A DNA stretch of 34,677 bases from a virus. Taxonomy: Duplodnaviria > Caudoviricetes. Location: positions 1 to 34,677 of the IMG/VR virus record IMGVR_UViG_3300017754_002862; one strand, written 5' to 3'. Below are positions 25,812-34,677 of the stretch, one piece after another. The notes beneath the pieces were generated by a model. The model was not told the DNA's origin and made no database searches. It saw nothing but the letters and a program-made list of their open reading frames with translations. Position numbers and translations under genes: made by a program. Position 1 is the first letter of the stretch. Each line of letters starts with the position of its first letter.

Positions 25812-27015
25812 TGACTTAGCGCGAATGAGAGCCGAGATGCTCATGCGTCAAGACCCTAATGTGTATGACGATGGCGCAAGTCAATTAGGCATGAACCCTT
25901 ACATGCAGCAAGTCGGCTTGTTTGGCAAAGGTAAGCCTAAGCCCGTTGCGCCACCAATCGACATACAACGACGTGCAGTCTTTGGCTTAAAGCCGCAAGC
26001 ACCATTGCCTGATAACTTACCAGCCGTAAGATCGTCCGATGTGCCTGTGCCAAGTGCAGTACCTACACCACAAGCACCAACTCAACCAGCACCTCCAACA
26101 ACACCTCTTGCGCCATTAGGTCAGATGGCGAACAAAGTACTGAATACGCCAATATCGAGACGTGAAGTGTTAAAGACGACAGGCCAAGTTGCGTTAAACC
26201 AAATGCTACCAAGCATGGGCATTGCGTCTGAAATTGCATCACCATTGACTCAAATTGCTGAAGCGGCGCCTGTGTATGACAAGAATTCGATTATTGGTGC
26301 AATATCATCGTTCATCACGGATAAGATGACCGATACGTCAAGTGATTTAGCCGAAGAGCTATTAGGTCAAGGTGTTTGGGAGCCTGATGACCCGCATGAT
26401 GCTGACCCAACTACAGCATGGGAATACGCGCAATATGGCGATGAAACCCATGCAAACTATGAAGGCAACAATCCAAATGCTGAGCAAACTGCAGGATTGA
26501 AAACGCTTCGTGATAACTTTAATCTGCAAAAACTATCTGAGCATTCAGGCATTCCAATTGAAGAGCTTAAGAAGCACATATCAGACATTGAGCTTCAAGG
26601 CTTTCCATTGTCATTAGGCAATAGACAAGAAAGATTATCAGCCATTATGGAAGATGGGCGGCCTAAAGAAGCAGTACGCATGACAGCACTGGAAGATTTA
26701 GATGCTCAAGAGAAGTATTTAAAGAAAGCAGCTAAAGAACTTTATGGCAAACAAAAAGCATTTGATGATGATGAAATGCGTGAGATTGCTGAAGCAGCTA
26801 AAGACTTGGCATACACAGATTATGTAAGAAAAACACTAAACGATGTAAGTTTGCCAAAAGGCAGCATACATGAAGAAGTCATAAACAAAGCAGGCAACAA
26901 CTGGCTTAAAAGCGCATTGCAAGATGTGTTTGATCAAGGCTCTGAAGACTGGGGCTATAACAGCGACGACTTTTATGAGCGCGCTTACGACACATTTAAG
27001 TCTAAGGACGAATAA
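25801..27015 (+). CDS. Hypothetical, possibly virion-associated, protein with internal twin-arginine-like motif
   Basis: 404 aa overlapping the terL end; Pro-rich N-terminal part, ISRREVLK, acidic helical C-terminal domain. Confidence 0.6.
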   Translation: MPYDDLARMRAEMLMRQDPNVYDDGASQLGMNPYMQQVGLFGKGKPKPVAPPIDIQRRAVFGLKPQAPLPDNLPAVRSSDVPVPSAVPTPQAPTQPAPPTTPLAPLGQMANKVLNTPISRREVLKTTGQVALNQMLPSMGIASEIASPLTQIAEAAPVYDKNSIIGAISSFITDKMTDTSSDLAEELLGQGVWEPDDPHDADPTTAWEYAQYGDETHANYEGNNPNAEQTAGLKTLRDNFNLQKLSEHSGIPIEELKKHISDIELQGFPLSLGNRQERLSAIMEDGRPKEAVRMTALEDLDAQEKYLKKAAKELYGKQKAFDDDEMREIAEAAKDLAYTDYVRKTLNDVSLPKGSIHEEVINKAGNNWLKSALQDVFDQGSEDWGYNSDDFYERAYDTFKSKDE

Positions 27016-27018
27016 CGC

Positions 27019-30000
27019 ATGGCCGCAATCTACGATGCTTTAGGCAATGTCATTGGAGACGATGGGCAACCATCTGTCGACCAAATGCAGTATGAGTTGG
27101 CTAGGAACGGCAAGCCTAGCCCATTGGACACTGCAGTTAACGCAATCAAGAATGTAGCTGTCAACAACAATCCCTTAATGCTTAGAAAGCAAGGGCTTGA
27201 TTTAGCAGGCGACATACCTCGAGTTGTGGCAAGCGGCATGGCGCCATTTATTGCAGGCATTACGCAGCCTGTAGTAGGCGCCTATGACTACGCATCTAAG
27301 ATGCCGGGCGTGCTGTATCGTGAGAAAGTGCTTGGTGATCCGCAATCAATGCAAGAAGCTGCCACAATTCGTGAAGGGCTTCCTCAGTTTGGTGCGCCCG
27401 GTGCACGGTATAACCCAGAGCCTATGAACAGGCGTGTAGAAGCAATTGGTCAAGCCGTAGCGCCGCAAACACCACAAGGCCAAGCTGCACTTGAAGCCGC
27501 AGGCCAAGTATTTCAAGCAGCCAAGTTACCTACAATAGGGCCAGGGTCCGGAGTGCCTGGGACTTCACGTGTATCACCAAGACCCTTCATTACGCCTAAC
27601 GACTTACGGGTTGTAGGTGCCGAAGCAACTCGTGTTGGTAAACAGATTGGTGAGATACCTACAGACTTTGTGAATGCGCAATCAGGCTTTCAACGCATAG
27701 ATCCTGTGACTAACCAACCTGTGATGGGCGCAAGAATACAAGGCGGCGTGGATAGACTTGGTGACATCATGGCGCAAAGACGCATGCAAGGTCTTAGCCC
27801 AATCCCGGGTTTGCCTGACGTATTGCAACCACAAACCAGTATGTATGCTGTGCGGCCTTCGGAAGGTCCGAACTACGTGGTAAACCCCAAGTTGCCTGAG
27901 TCAGCATTGGCACAACGGCCTGAGTTAGATACTGCAGGTATTTACACAGCAGTCAACGCGCTTAGGCCCATTAAAAATCCTACAATCAACAATGTCAATG
28001 GCGCATATTATGCTGCAAACATTGTTGACAACCCTACTGTAGATCAGGCCTACACTGCTTACTATGACAACGTGCTAAGAACTTTATTCCCAGACACACG
28101 AGACATGCTTGAAGCAAATGTGGCGTATCAACTTACATATCCACGTGAAGAAGAGCGTAGTAAAGTCAATCGCACAATTCTGAATAACTTCATTAATGAG
28201 TTTAATCAGACTGCTGAAGCTACTGCGCAATTGCCTACTATGGAGCAATTTGCCGAGAACGTAAAAGCAGCAGACAAATGGCTTGACAATACATTCACAA
28301 AGCAGTTGGTTAAGAATGTAGGCACAACCAATGACCCATTGCTTAAACAAGCAGAGCAAGGTATCACATTCAAAGATCCTATGCAGCTTGTTGCTGAGTA
28401 CAGCGTGCCTAGTGCAAAGCTGCAAAATGCACGTCAAGCGGCTGGCTTTAATCCGTCAGGCGAATACTTTGATGCCATGAACGCGGCAAAGCAAGAGCTT
28501 GATCAAGTAACTAATGACGAGTATTTGCCGCTTGAGCGTCAACGTATTCAAGCACAACAAGATGCTGCGCGGCTTGGCATTCCAGTTACAGAATACGAGC
28601 CTTATAGAAATCTTACTGCACCTCGTGATCGTGCATCTGCAAAAGTTGAGAAGCTGGAAGAAGCATATAAGAAGCTGCAAATTGCAAATGCATATGCAAA
28701 CGCAGTTGATTCAATGGTTGCCACCAAGACTGCCAAACAAGCATGGGACAAGATACCTAGAACTGAGAGACAGTTTTATCCACAGCTCCGTGACCTTGCT
28801 GCAAGTGCGCCTGATACACCTATTTACGACGTGTTTGCAAAGCATAGCGCATCAGGCTACCAAGAGATGGGCGAAGACATTGTTAAGCAAATCGTAAAGG
28901 GCAAAATCAAGGCCAAAGATTTGCACAAGACGCCGCTTGATGTGATGGTTAAAAAGAAAGCTGAAGCACGTGATGCAGTGGAAAAAGCAGCACAAACAGA
29001 AATCAAGAAACGTGTTCAAGCTGTGTCTACGAAATTGATAGAAGACTTATCACTTGTGCCTGAGGTGTTTAGGTTTAGCAATGCCAGCGTGCTTGAAGTC
29101 TCCAATAAGTATGATGTAGATACCATTCGTCGAATGCTTAGTGCAGATACAGATGTGCTTGACTTATGCGCTGCAAACTCAGGTAAACCGCCTAAGTCTG
29201 CTAAAAGCATCTATCATCCAGACAAAGGGGATAAGCAGGACTATTATCCTAGCGCTGACCCCATTACAGGCAAGCGGCTTAGACCTACTGTTAATGACAC
29301 CATATACGTTAAAGACACGGCAAAAGGCACTGAGTTTAATGCTTCAATTCGTGATAATGTAACTGGTTTGCCAGTTGGGCTGTTGCAGTTCTCAAGCTTA
29401 GGTCCCAATCGTGCAGGTGTGACTGAGTATAGCATGGGCTTTGTATCAGGCTTTAGAAACAGTGCGCCTATTGAGCCACAGTATAGAAACGTGGTACGTG
29501 ATTACTTGAATCTACGTGCTGACATCATTAAGAATTCAAACAGCGAAAAGCTTGCTACCAATGGCATATACGACACGTCAAAGCCTACGCAACAGCTCTT
29601 AAACAACTTAAACTTAAGCAGAAAGCAATGGGACGACGTAACCAAAGTTTATACAGGCGCAGTTCCACGTTTTATTACAGCTGAAGATGGCCGTAACATT
29701 CTACAAGCAGTTAGAGATCAGCAAAGAGCAGTTGCACCTGTAACACAAACGCCGAGTGAAGTTGGTGACATGCAAACGCAGCGTACAGCGTTGCTTGCAG
29801 AGCAACGTCAACTACAAAATGATCAACTTCGCGGTAATCAAGACTATGATGTTACACAGCGGCTTGATGACATTGCTTCACAACTTCAAGACATTGACCA
29901 ACGTTTAGCAAGGTCAACACAACAGCAGCAACCGCAAACATTCCAATATGGAAATCTATATGAAATAGCACGTGGCGGTGCTGGTATTGAGCCTATGAGA

Positions 30001-33000
30001 CGTTTAGAGCCTGAAGTTACGTCAACCAGTGCTAGTGCATTCCAAGGCTTATTCCCACAGCATATTCGTAGAAATGATGAAGTTCGTAGAAGTCAAATAC
30101 TATCGCCTGAACAAGTTGCAGAAATTATTGAAGAGCTTGAAGTAAGCGCACGACAAATTGATGACTTGGATGAGGGCGCTGTATTAGAAGATTTCAACAT
30201 CACTTCACAAGATCAGCAAGATCGTGTTGTTGACCAGCTTACTAATGCTGCACAAAGACTCCGTGATGCAGCAAATATTCACATTGGTGATGATGGTCGT
30301 GATGTTGTGCCGCAACAGCAGCAACCACAAAGTGTAGAGCAAAGACTATCTGACTTGCGTCAATTGATTGATGTGCCAATGCATCGTGAGAATGATCCGG
30401 CAGTTGAAACTGAATTGAATAATTACGCAGCGTATTTGCAAGAACGAATTAATGTGCAAACACGAGCAGGGTATTTGCCTGAGCATACTGCCGATTACAT
30501 ACGCACTGACATCAACCAGTTACGCAATGATACATTTAACAACCCCAATGAGTATACTGTAGGCTTTACAGCAAGGCAGGTTGATGATTTTGTAGGGGCA
30601 TTAAGAACTACCATTGACACGATTGGCCAATGGCTAGAAGAGCAACGTCGCCAACAGGCGCCTGAGCCTGATGTTCAAGAGCAACGTCTAACTACAAACC
30701 AGCAAATCACCAATGCATATCGCAATGAGTTTTCGTTGCGTACTGAAGAGCCTGATGTTGATGATCACTTAATTGAGTTTCAAGACAACATTGACGCTGA
30801 AGTAAATCGCTTGTTTGGTGAAGGCCGTACAAGTAATGACATTGCAATGCATGTGGCGAATATGATTTCAGAGCGCATACGTGAGTTGGTTGAAGACTAC
30901 ACTGCTGGGGAAACTATAAATAGATATGCACTTACACGGGAAGAATCAAACATTGCTCGTGGGCGTTTAAATACAACATTTACTGCTGTGCTGAATATTG
31001 TGGATACAAATGAAGGGCTTGATGAGCCTGAGCAACTTACAGAATTGCCTAATAACTTCTTTGAGCCTGATGAAACGCATCCAGCAAATCTACCAGCAAC
31101 TACACCTGCACAAGCATTGCCACCGCCTGTACAGGCTCGAGCACAGCGTAACCCTGACGCAAATCTTGATAGCTTTATCAATCGCGTTCGTAGAGAAGAA
31201 GGCGCACAAATTGCTGATCGAGTTGAGACAGTTGCATATCGTGTTGCTGAAAATGTAACCAATAACAGAGTAAATCAGCTTGATGCGGATCAGGCTGAAG
31301 AATTTGCACGCGGTTTACGTGTTGCTGCAGAATTGGAAGATTCTGAATTAGTTGAGATTGCATTGCGTGGGCTTGCAGATATGGTGACAACGTTAGTTGC
31401 ACAAGAGCCTGAAGCAGCATTTGTGCAACCTGCAGCACCACAAGGTGAAGTTACAACTCAGGGCGTCTTAAATGCATTTAGAACAGCATTTACGCCAAAT
31501 ACGGGCAGTGCTGCTGCTGATGCATACTTATCGCAATATGGTGATACCTTAATCAATCGCATGGTTGAATTAAACAACGTAGTAATTACGCCTGCAGAAG
31601 TTGCAACAGGTATATCAGACGAAATACGAGAGCATTTTCGTTTATTAGTGCGGTTAGCCGATCAACCGAATGGTGCGCAAGCAACCGGTCTTACAAATGC
31701 TGAAAACATGATGGTGCGTCATCGTCTTGAAACAGCGCTTGGCAACATACGATTTAGCACAATGCCGCCTGAAGGTAATCAACCTGCAATACCACCACCA
31801 GTTCAAGAGCGGTTACCTGCACCTGTGGTTGCACCGCAACGTGCAAACTTGCCTGCTGAAGTACAGCAAAACATTAACAATCGAAATCGGCAAATTACAG
31901 GCGCATATGGAAGTGCTCTTGACCCAAACACTGCTTTTAACAATACAAATGATGCATTAAGTGAGTTTATAGACTTACTAGATGGTATGGCTACTAATTT
32001 ATTTGGTAATGGTATTCCTGCAAATGAGATTGCAGAGAACTTACAAGCACGTATTAGATCTGAGATTATAGTGCTTAGCGACCCTAATCGTGTAGCTGAT
32101 CGTGGGCTTAACGCCGCTGAAGCCGACATACTTCGTGGTCGCTTAGATGACGCATACGGCAATTTAGCAAGAGTGCATGATCAACTAATTGAACCCGCAC
32201 AACAACAAGCATTTACGCCACAAGATGCGTTGGATATGGCGCGTGAGTTGCTTGAGCAAGAACGTGTAAACCAAGGTCAGTTAAACGAGCCCGGTGTACA
32301 AGGTTCAATCTACGCCTTGCGTAATGGCGTGTTTGATGATGCGCGTATTCGTCGACTGCCTGAGCAGCTTAGACAACCATTTGCAGAATCTGTGTCTAAT
32401 GCGTTAGAAACATTGCTTGCACAAGAAGCACCGCAACGCATGCAGGCAATGCAAAATCTTACTGCTGATACTGCAGTTGCGCGTCAAGCAATTCACAATG
32501 CAATAAGAAACATAGAAAACGATTATGGTGAAGATGTTGCAAATCGTGCGTTTGACATTATTGAAAATATTGCAGAGCATTTAGACCCTGGCGATCAGCT
32601 TACTGCGTTTGTGATGAACATACGGCGTAGAATGCAAGATGTAAGACAAGATGTGTATGAAGCGTTGGACCATATTGCAGATGAGCTTGCGTCTGTAGGT
32701 CGTGAAGCGCCGCAAACACAACCACGTGCTCAAGAAGTAGATCAACTATCTGTTACTGCGCAAATGCCTTTAACTCCAGATCGTGCAAATGGCGATCCAC
32801 AAGTTAATGCAATGTTGGCAGAAGTGCAAGAAGGCCTTGCTCGTCAGATTGAAGATTTGCGACTTGAAGCTAGAACCCCAGAAGATATTGCAAGTATTAT
32901 TTCTACTAGACTATCAGAGCACGTCATAAACGCAGAACGCGTGCACTTAGAAATGGGCACTCTTACTGCTGCGCAATTGATTGAATATGCTAGTAAGATT

Positions 33001-33459
33001 AGAGAAGCAATTGCAGCTATTCGTCAGTTCATGCCTAATGAAAACGCACTACCACAGTATACGTTTAACGACTTGTTTAATCCAGTTGCTGATAACGTGT
33101 TTGGTATTGCAGGTAGAGCAGAGACTCTTACTGCTCGTGATCGTGAGTTATACACAATGCTTAGTGATGTTATAGACAACGCAATTGAAGAGGGTACGCC
33201 TTTGCCTGACCCAATGGATACGGAAGCATTTGCACAAATTATTTTAGATGACGAGGTTGGTGGTGAACTTACTGATCTTACAGATGCTGAGCGTCGTAGA
33301 TTGGCTGCCATTGTTAGAAGATACGGCGTTGATGCTACGCTTCCGCCTGAAGGGCGTAAAGATGGTGGTCGAATTCGTAAGCACAAAAAAGGTGGTACAG
33401 TACGCACTATTCCTAGCGTTGAACAAATGCAATACGAACTTATGATGCGGAGAAAATAA
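27019..33459 (+). CDS. Giant (2146 aa) multidomain protein, probably a virion-packaged polyvalent-type protein
   Basis: Uninterrupted ORF with AAGGA RBS; degenerate PcfJ-like domain near 29134-29511; repeated helical modules; PSV(D/E)QMQYEL at both ends. Confidence 0.7.
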   Translation: MAAIYDALGNVIGDDGQPSVDQMQYELARNGKPSPLDTAVNAIKNVAVNNNPLMLRKQGLDLAGDIPRVVASGMAPFIAGITQPVVGAYDYASKMPGVLYREKVLGDPQSMQEAATIREGLPQFGAPGARYNPEPMNRRVEAIGQAVAPQTPQGQAALEAAGQVFQAAKLPTIGPGSGVPGTSRVSPRPFITPNDLRVVGAEATRVGKQIGEIPTDFVNAQSGFQRIDPVTNQPVMGARIQGGVDRLGDIMAQRRMQGLSPIPGLPDVLQPQTSMYAVRPSEGPNYVVNPKLPESALAQRPELDTAGIYTAVNALRPIKNPTINNVNGAYYAANIVDNPTVDQAYTAYYDNVLRTLFPDTRDMLEANVAYQLTYPREEERSKVNRTILNNFINEFNQTAEATAQLPTMEQFAENVKAADKWLDNTFTKQLVKNVGTTNDPLLKQAEQGITFKDPMQLVAEYSVPSAKLQNARQAAGFNPSGEYFDAMNAAKQELDQVTNDEYLPLERQRIQAQQDAARLGIPVTEYEPYRNLTAPRDRASAKVEKLEEAYKKLQIANAYANAVDSMVATKTAKQAWDKIPRTERQFYPQLRDLAASAPDTPIYDVFAKHSASGYQEMGEDIVKQIVKGKIKAKDLHKTPLDVMVKKKAEARDAVEKAAQTEIKKRVQAVSTKLIEDLSLVPEVFRFSNASVLEVSNKYDVDTIRRMLSADTDVLDLCAANSGKPPKSAKSIYHPDKGDKQDYYPSADPITGKRLRPTVNDTIYVKDTAKGTEFNASIRDNVTGLPVGLLQFSSLGPNRAGVTEYSMGFVSGFRNSAPIEPQYRNVVRDYLNLRADIIKNSNSEKLATNGIYDTSKPTQQLLNNLNLSRKQWDDVTKVYTGAVPRFITAEDGRNILQAVRDQQRAVAPVTQTPSEVGDMQTQRTALLAEQRQLQNDQLRGNQDYDVTQRLDDIASQLQDIDQRLARSTQQQQPQTFQYGNLYEIARGGAGIEPMRRLEPEVTSTSASAFQGLFPQHIRRNDEVRRSQILSPEQVAEIIEELEVSARQIDDLDEGAVLEDFNITSQDQQDRVVDQLTNAAQRLRDAANIHIGDDGRDVVPQQQQPQSVEQRLSDLRQLIDVPMHRENDPAVETELNNYAAYLQERINVQTRAGYLPEHTADYIRTDINQLRNDTFNNPNEYTVGFTARQVDDFVGALRTTIDTIGQWLEEQRRQQAPEPDVQEQRLTTNQQITNAYRNEFSLRTEEPDVDDHLIEFQDNIDAEVNRLFGEGRTSNDIAMHVANMISERIRELVEDYTAGETINRYALTREESNIARGRLNTTFTAVLNIVDTNEGLDEPEQLTELPNNFFEPDETHPANLPATTPAQALPPPVQARAQRNPDANLDSFINRVRREEGAQIADRVETVAYRVAENVTNNRVNQLDADQAEEFARGLRVAAELEDSELVEIALRGLADMVTTLVAQEPEAAFVQPAAPQGEVTTQGVLNAFRTAFTPNTGSAAADAYLSQYGDTLINRMVELNNVVITPAEVATGISDEIREHFRLLVRLADQPNGAQATGLTNAENMMVRHRLETALGNIRFSTMPPEGNQPAIPPPVQERLPAPVVAPQRANLPAEVQQNINNRNRQITGAYGSALDPNTAFNNTNDALSEFIDLLDGMATNLFGNGIPANEIAENLQARIRSEIIVLSDPNRVADRGLNAAEADILRGRLDDAYGNLARVHDQLIEPAQQQAFTPQDALDMARELLEQERVNQGQLNEPGVQGSIYALRNGVFDDARIRRLPEQLRQPFAESVSNALETLLAQEAPQRMQAMQNLTADTAVARQAIHNAIRNIENDYGEDVANRAFDIIENIAEHLDPGDQLTAFVMNIRRRMQDVRQDVYEALDHIADELASVGREAPQTQPRAQEVDQLSVTAQMPLTPDRANGDPQVNAMLAEVQEGLARQIEDLRLEARTPEDIASIISTRLSEHVINAERVHLEMGTLTAAQLIEYASKIREAIAAIRQFMPNENALPQYTFNDLFNPVADNVFGIAGRAETLTARDRELYTMLSDVIDNAIEEGTPLPDPMDTEAFAQIILDDEVGGELTDLTDAERRRLAAIVRRYGVDATLPPEGRKDGGRIRKHKKGGTVRTIPSVEQMQYELMMRRK

Positions 33460-33461
33460 CC

Positions 33462-34677
33462 ATGGCTACAGAAATGCCGATTCCAACAGAGTATAACCGC
33501 TTTATAGGTCCACAGGCGGAAGAAGATGAAGAGAAGGATGACCCTTCTATCTTTGAGATGTTTGACCAAGACAATGATGTTGAGATGCAACCTGATGGTG
33601 GAGCTATCATCAAGATTCCTGAAGATAGATTTAAGGGTCCAGAAGATGATCCTGATTTCTATGAGAACTTGGCAGATTCACTTGATCGCTCTACGCTATC
33701 AAGCATGGCGCTTAAGTATATTGATCTTGTAGAAAAAGACAAAGAAGCACGGGAAGAACGTGACAAGCAGTATGAAGAAGGCTTACGCCGTACAGGATTA
33801 GGCCATGACGCCCCCGGCGGTGCACAGTTTATGGGTGCCTCTAAAGTAGTTCACCCAGTAATGGCTGAGGCTTGCGTTGATTTCTCAGCTCGAGCCATTA
33901 AAGAACTATTTCCACCTGATGGGCCGGTTCGTACCAAGATCATAGGCGAGGTAACTGAAGAGAAGACCGAGCGTGCTGAGCGCAAGCGGGACTTCATGAA
34001 CTGGCAGTTGACCGAGCAGATTGAGGAATACCGCGACGAGCTGGAGCAACTACTTACACAGCAACCATTAGGCGGCTCTCAGTACCTTAAGATCTGGTAT
34101 GATGACCAAAAACGTAGACCCTGCGTTGAGTTCACGCCAATCGATAACATATATCTACCTTTTGCAGCGGCTAACTTTTACACAGCAAGCCGCGTAACTG
34201 AGGTTAATGACATTACTGAGGAAGAGTTTGAGCTGCGAATTAGTCGTGGCTTGTACTGTGATGTTAGCATCTATAAGCCAAGTGAAGAGCCTGAGCAAAC
34301 TAAGCCACAAAAAGCCAACGATAAGATTGAAGGCAAAAAGAGCTCAGGTATGAATATTGACGGCATTCGCCGAGTATTCCATATTTACGTATGGCTAGAA
34401 CTAGAAGATGATAGCTTCTCCAAAGGCGATCGTGCTCCTTACATCTTGATGGTTGATGAAACCCTGACTGAAGTCGTGGGTTTGTATCGTAATTGGGAGT
34501 TTGGCGATGATACGATGGACAAGCTTGACTGGCTGGTTGAATTCAAATTCATACCTTGGCGAGGTGCTTATGCAATTGGTCTACCTCATCTTATTGGTGG
34601 TCTTAGTGCCGCTCTTACCGGCTCTCTTCGTGCACTTCTTGATTCAGCTCATATAGCTACAGCACCTACAATGCTCA
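33462..34677 (+). CDS. Portal protein (3' partial; absent from the ORF track because it has no stop in the window)
   Basis: MATEMPIP...FYENLA...VVHPVMAEACVDFSARAIKELFPPDGPVRTKIIG...RKRDFMNWQLTEQI...PLGGSQYLKIWYD...GLPHLIGGL, typical of P22-like portals; downstream of terL. Confidence 0.85.
   Translation, partial: MATEMPIPTEYNRFIGPQAEEDEEKDDPSIFEMFDQDNDVEMQPDGGAIIKIPEDRFKGPEDDPDFYENLADSLDRSTLSSMALKYIDLVEKDKEAREERDKQYEEGLRRTGLGHDAPGGAQFMGASKVVHPVMAEACVDFSARAIKELFPPDGPVRTKIIGEVTEEKTERAERKRDFMNWQLTEQIEEYRDELEQLLTQQPLGGSQYLKIWYDDQKRRPCVEFTPIDNIYLPFAAANFYTASRVTEVNDITEEEFELRISRGLYCDVSIYKPSEEPEQTKPQKANDKIEGKKSSGMNIDGIRRVFHIYVWLELEDDSFSKGDRAPYILMVDETLTEVVGLYRNWEFGDDTMDKLDWLVEFKFIPWRGAYAIGLPHLIGGLSAALTGSLRALLDSAHIATAPTML

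Noticed and set aside
33526-33732. 68-aa plus-strand ORF
   Set aside because: Alternative frame inside the portal gene, which starts at 33462.
1-34677. Alternative genetic code, integrase, tRNA genes, introns/inteins, lysis genes
   Set aside because: Genes tile cleanly with the standard code, and I saw no signatures of these features. Capsid and lysis genes probably lie outside the window.
1-34677. Restriction-site avoidance as independent evidence about DNA modification
   Set aside because: GATC, GAATTC, AAGCTT, CTGCAG and GGATCC all occur. That is compatible with modification but not informative without a computed k-mer analysis.

Overview
This window is part of a tailed (podovirus-like) dsDNA phage genome, cut in the tail module at the left and in the portal gene at the right. 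Plus strand, 1-7805: tail tube/stabilisation protein and four probable internal/ejection proteins. Minus strand, 7786-21224: an early/replication arm with DUF932, a pyrimidine-dimer glycosylase-like protein, a MazG-like NTP pyrophosphatase, an SSB-like protein, family A DNA polymerase, a SAM methyltransferase, a Cas4-like nuclease, VRR-NUC and an SNF2 helicase. The same arm carries a compact DNA-modification operon: glycosyltransferase, dNMP kinase fused to a degenerate UDG-like domain, and a T4 gp42-like thymidylate-synthase homolog with the dCMP-specific Asp. Plus strand, 21614 to end: primase-helicase, an iteron/AT-rich origin candidate, TerS, TerL, a 404-aa and a 2146-aa protein inserted before the portal, then the portal (partial). 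Main highlights: (1) a probable cytosine hypermodification pathway; (2) a giant protein with a 1116-residue lysine-free repeat region, a degenerate PcfJ-like domain and near-identical peptide tags at both ends; (3) a TTGA-N3-TTGAAAGG leader element repeated before six minus-strand genes. All functional calls come from motif recognition by eye; no database searches were run.
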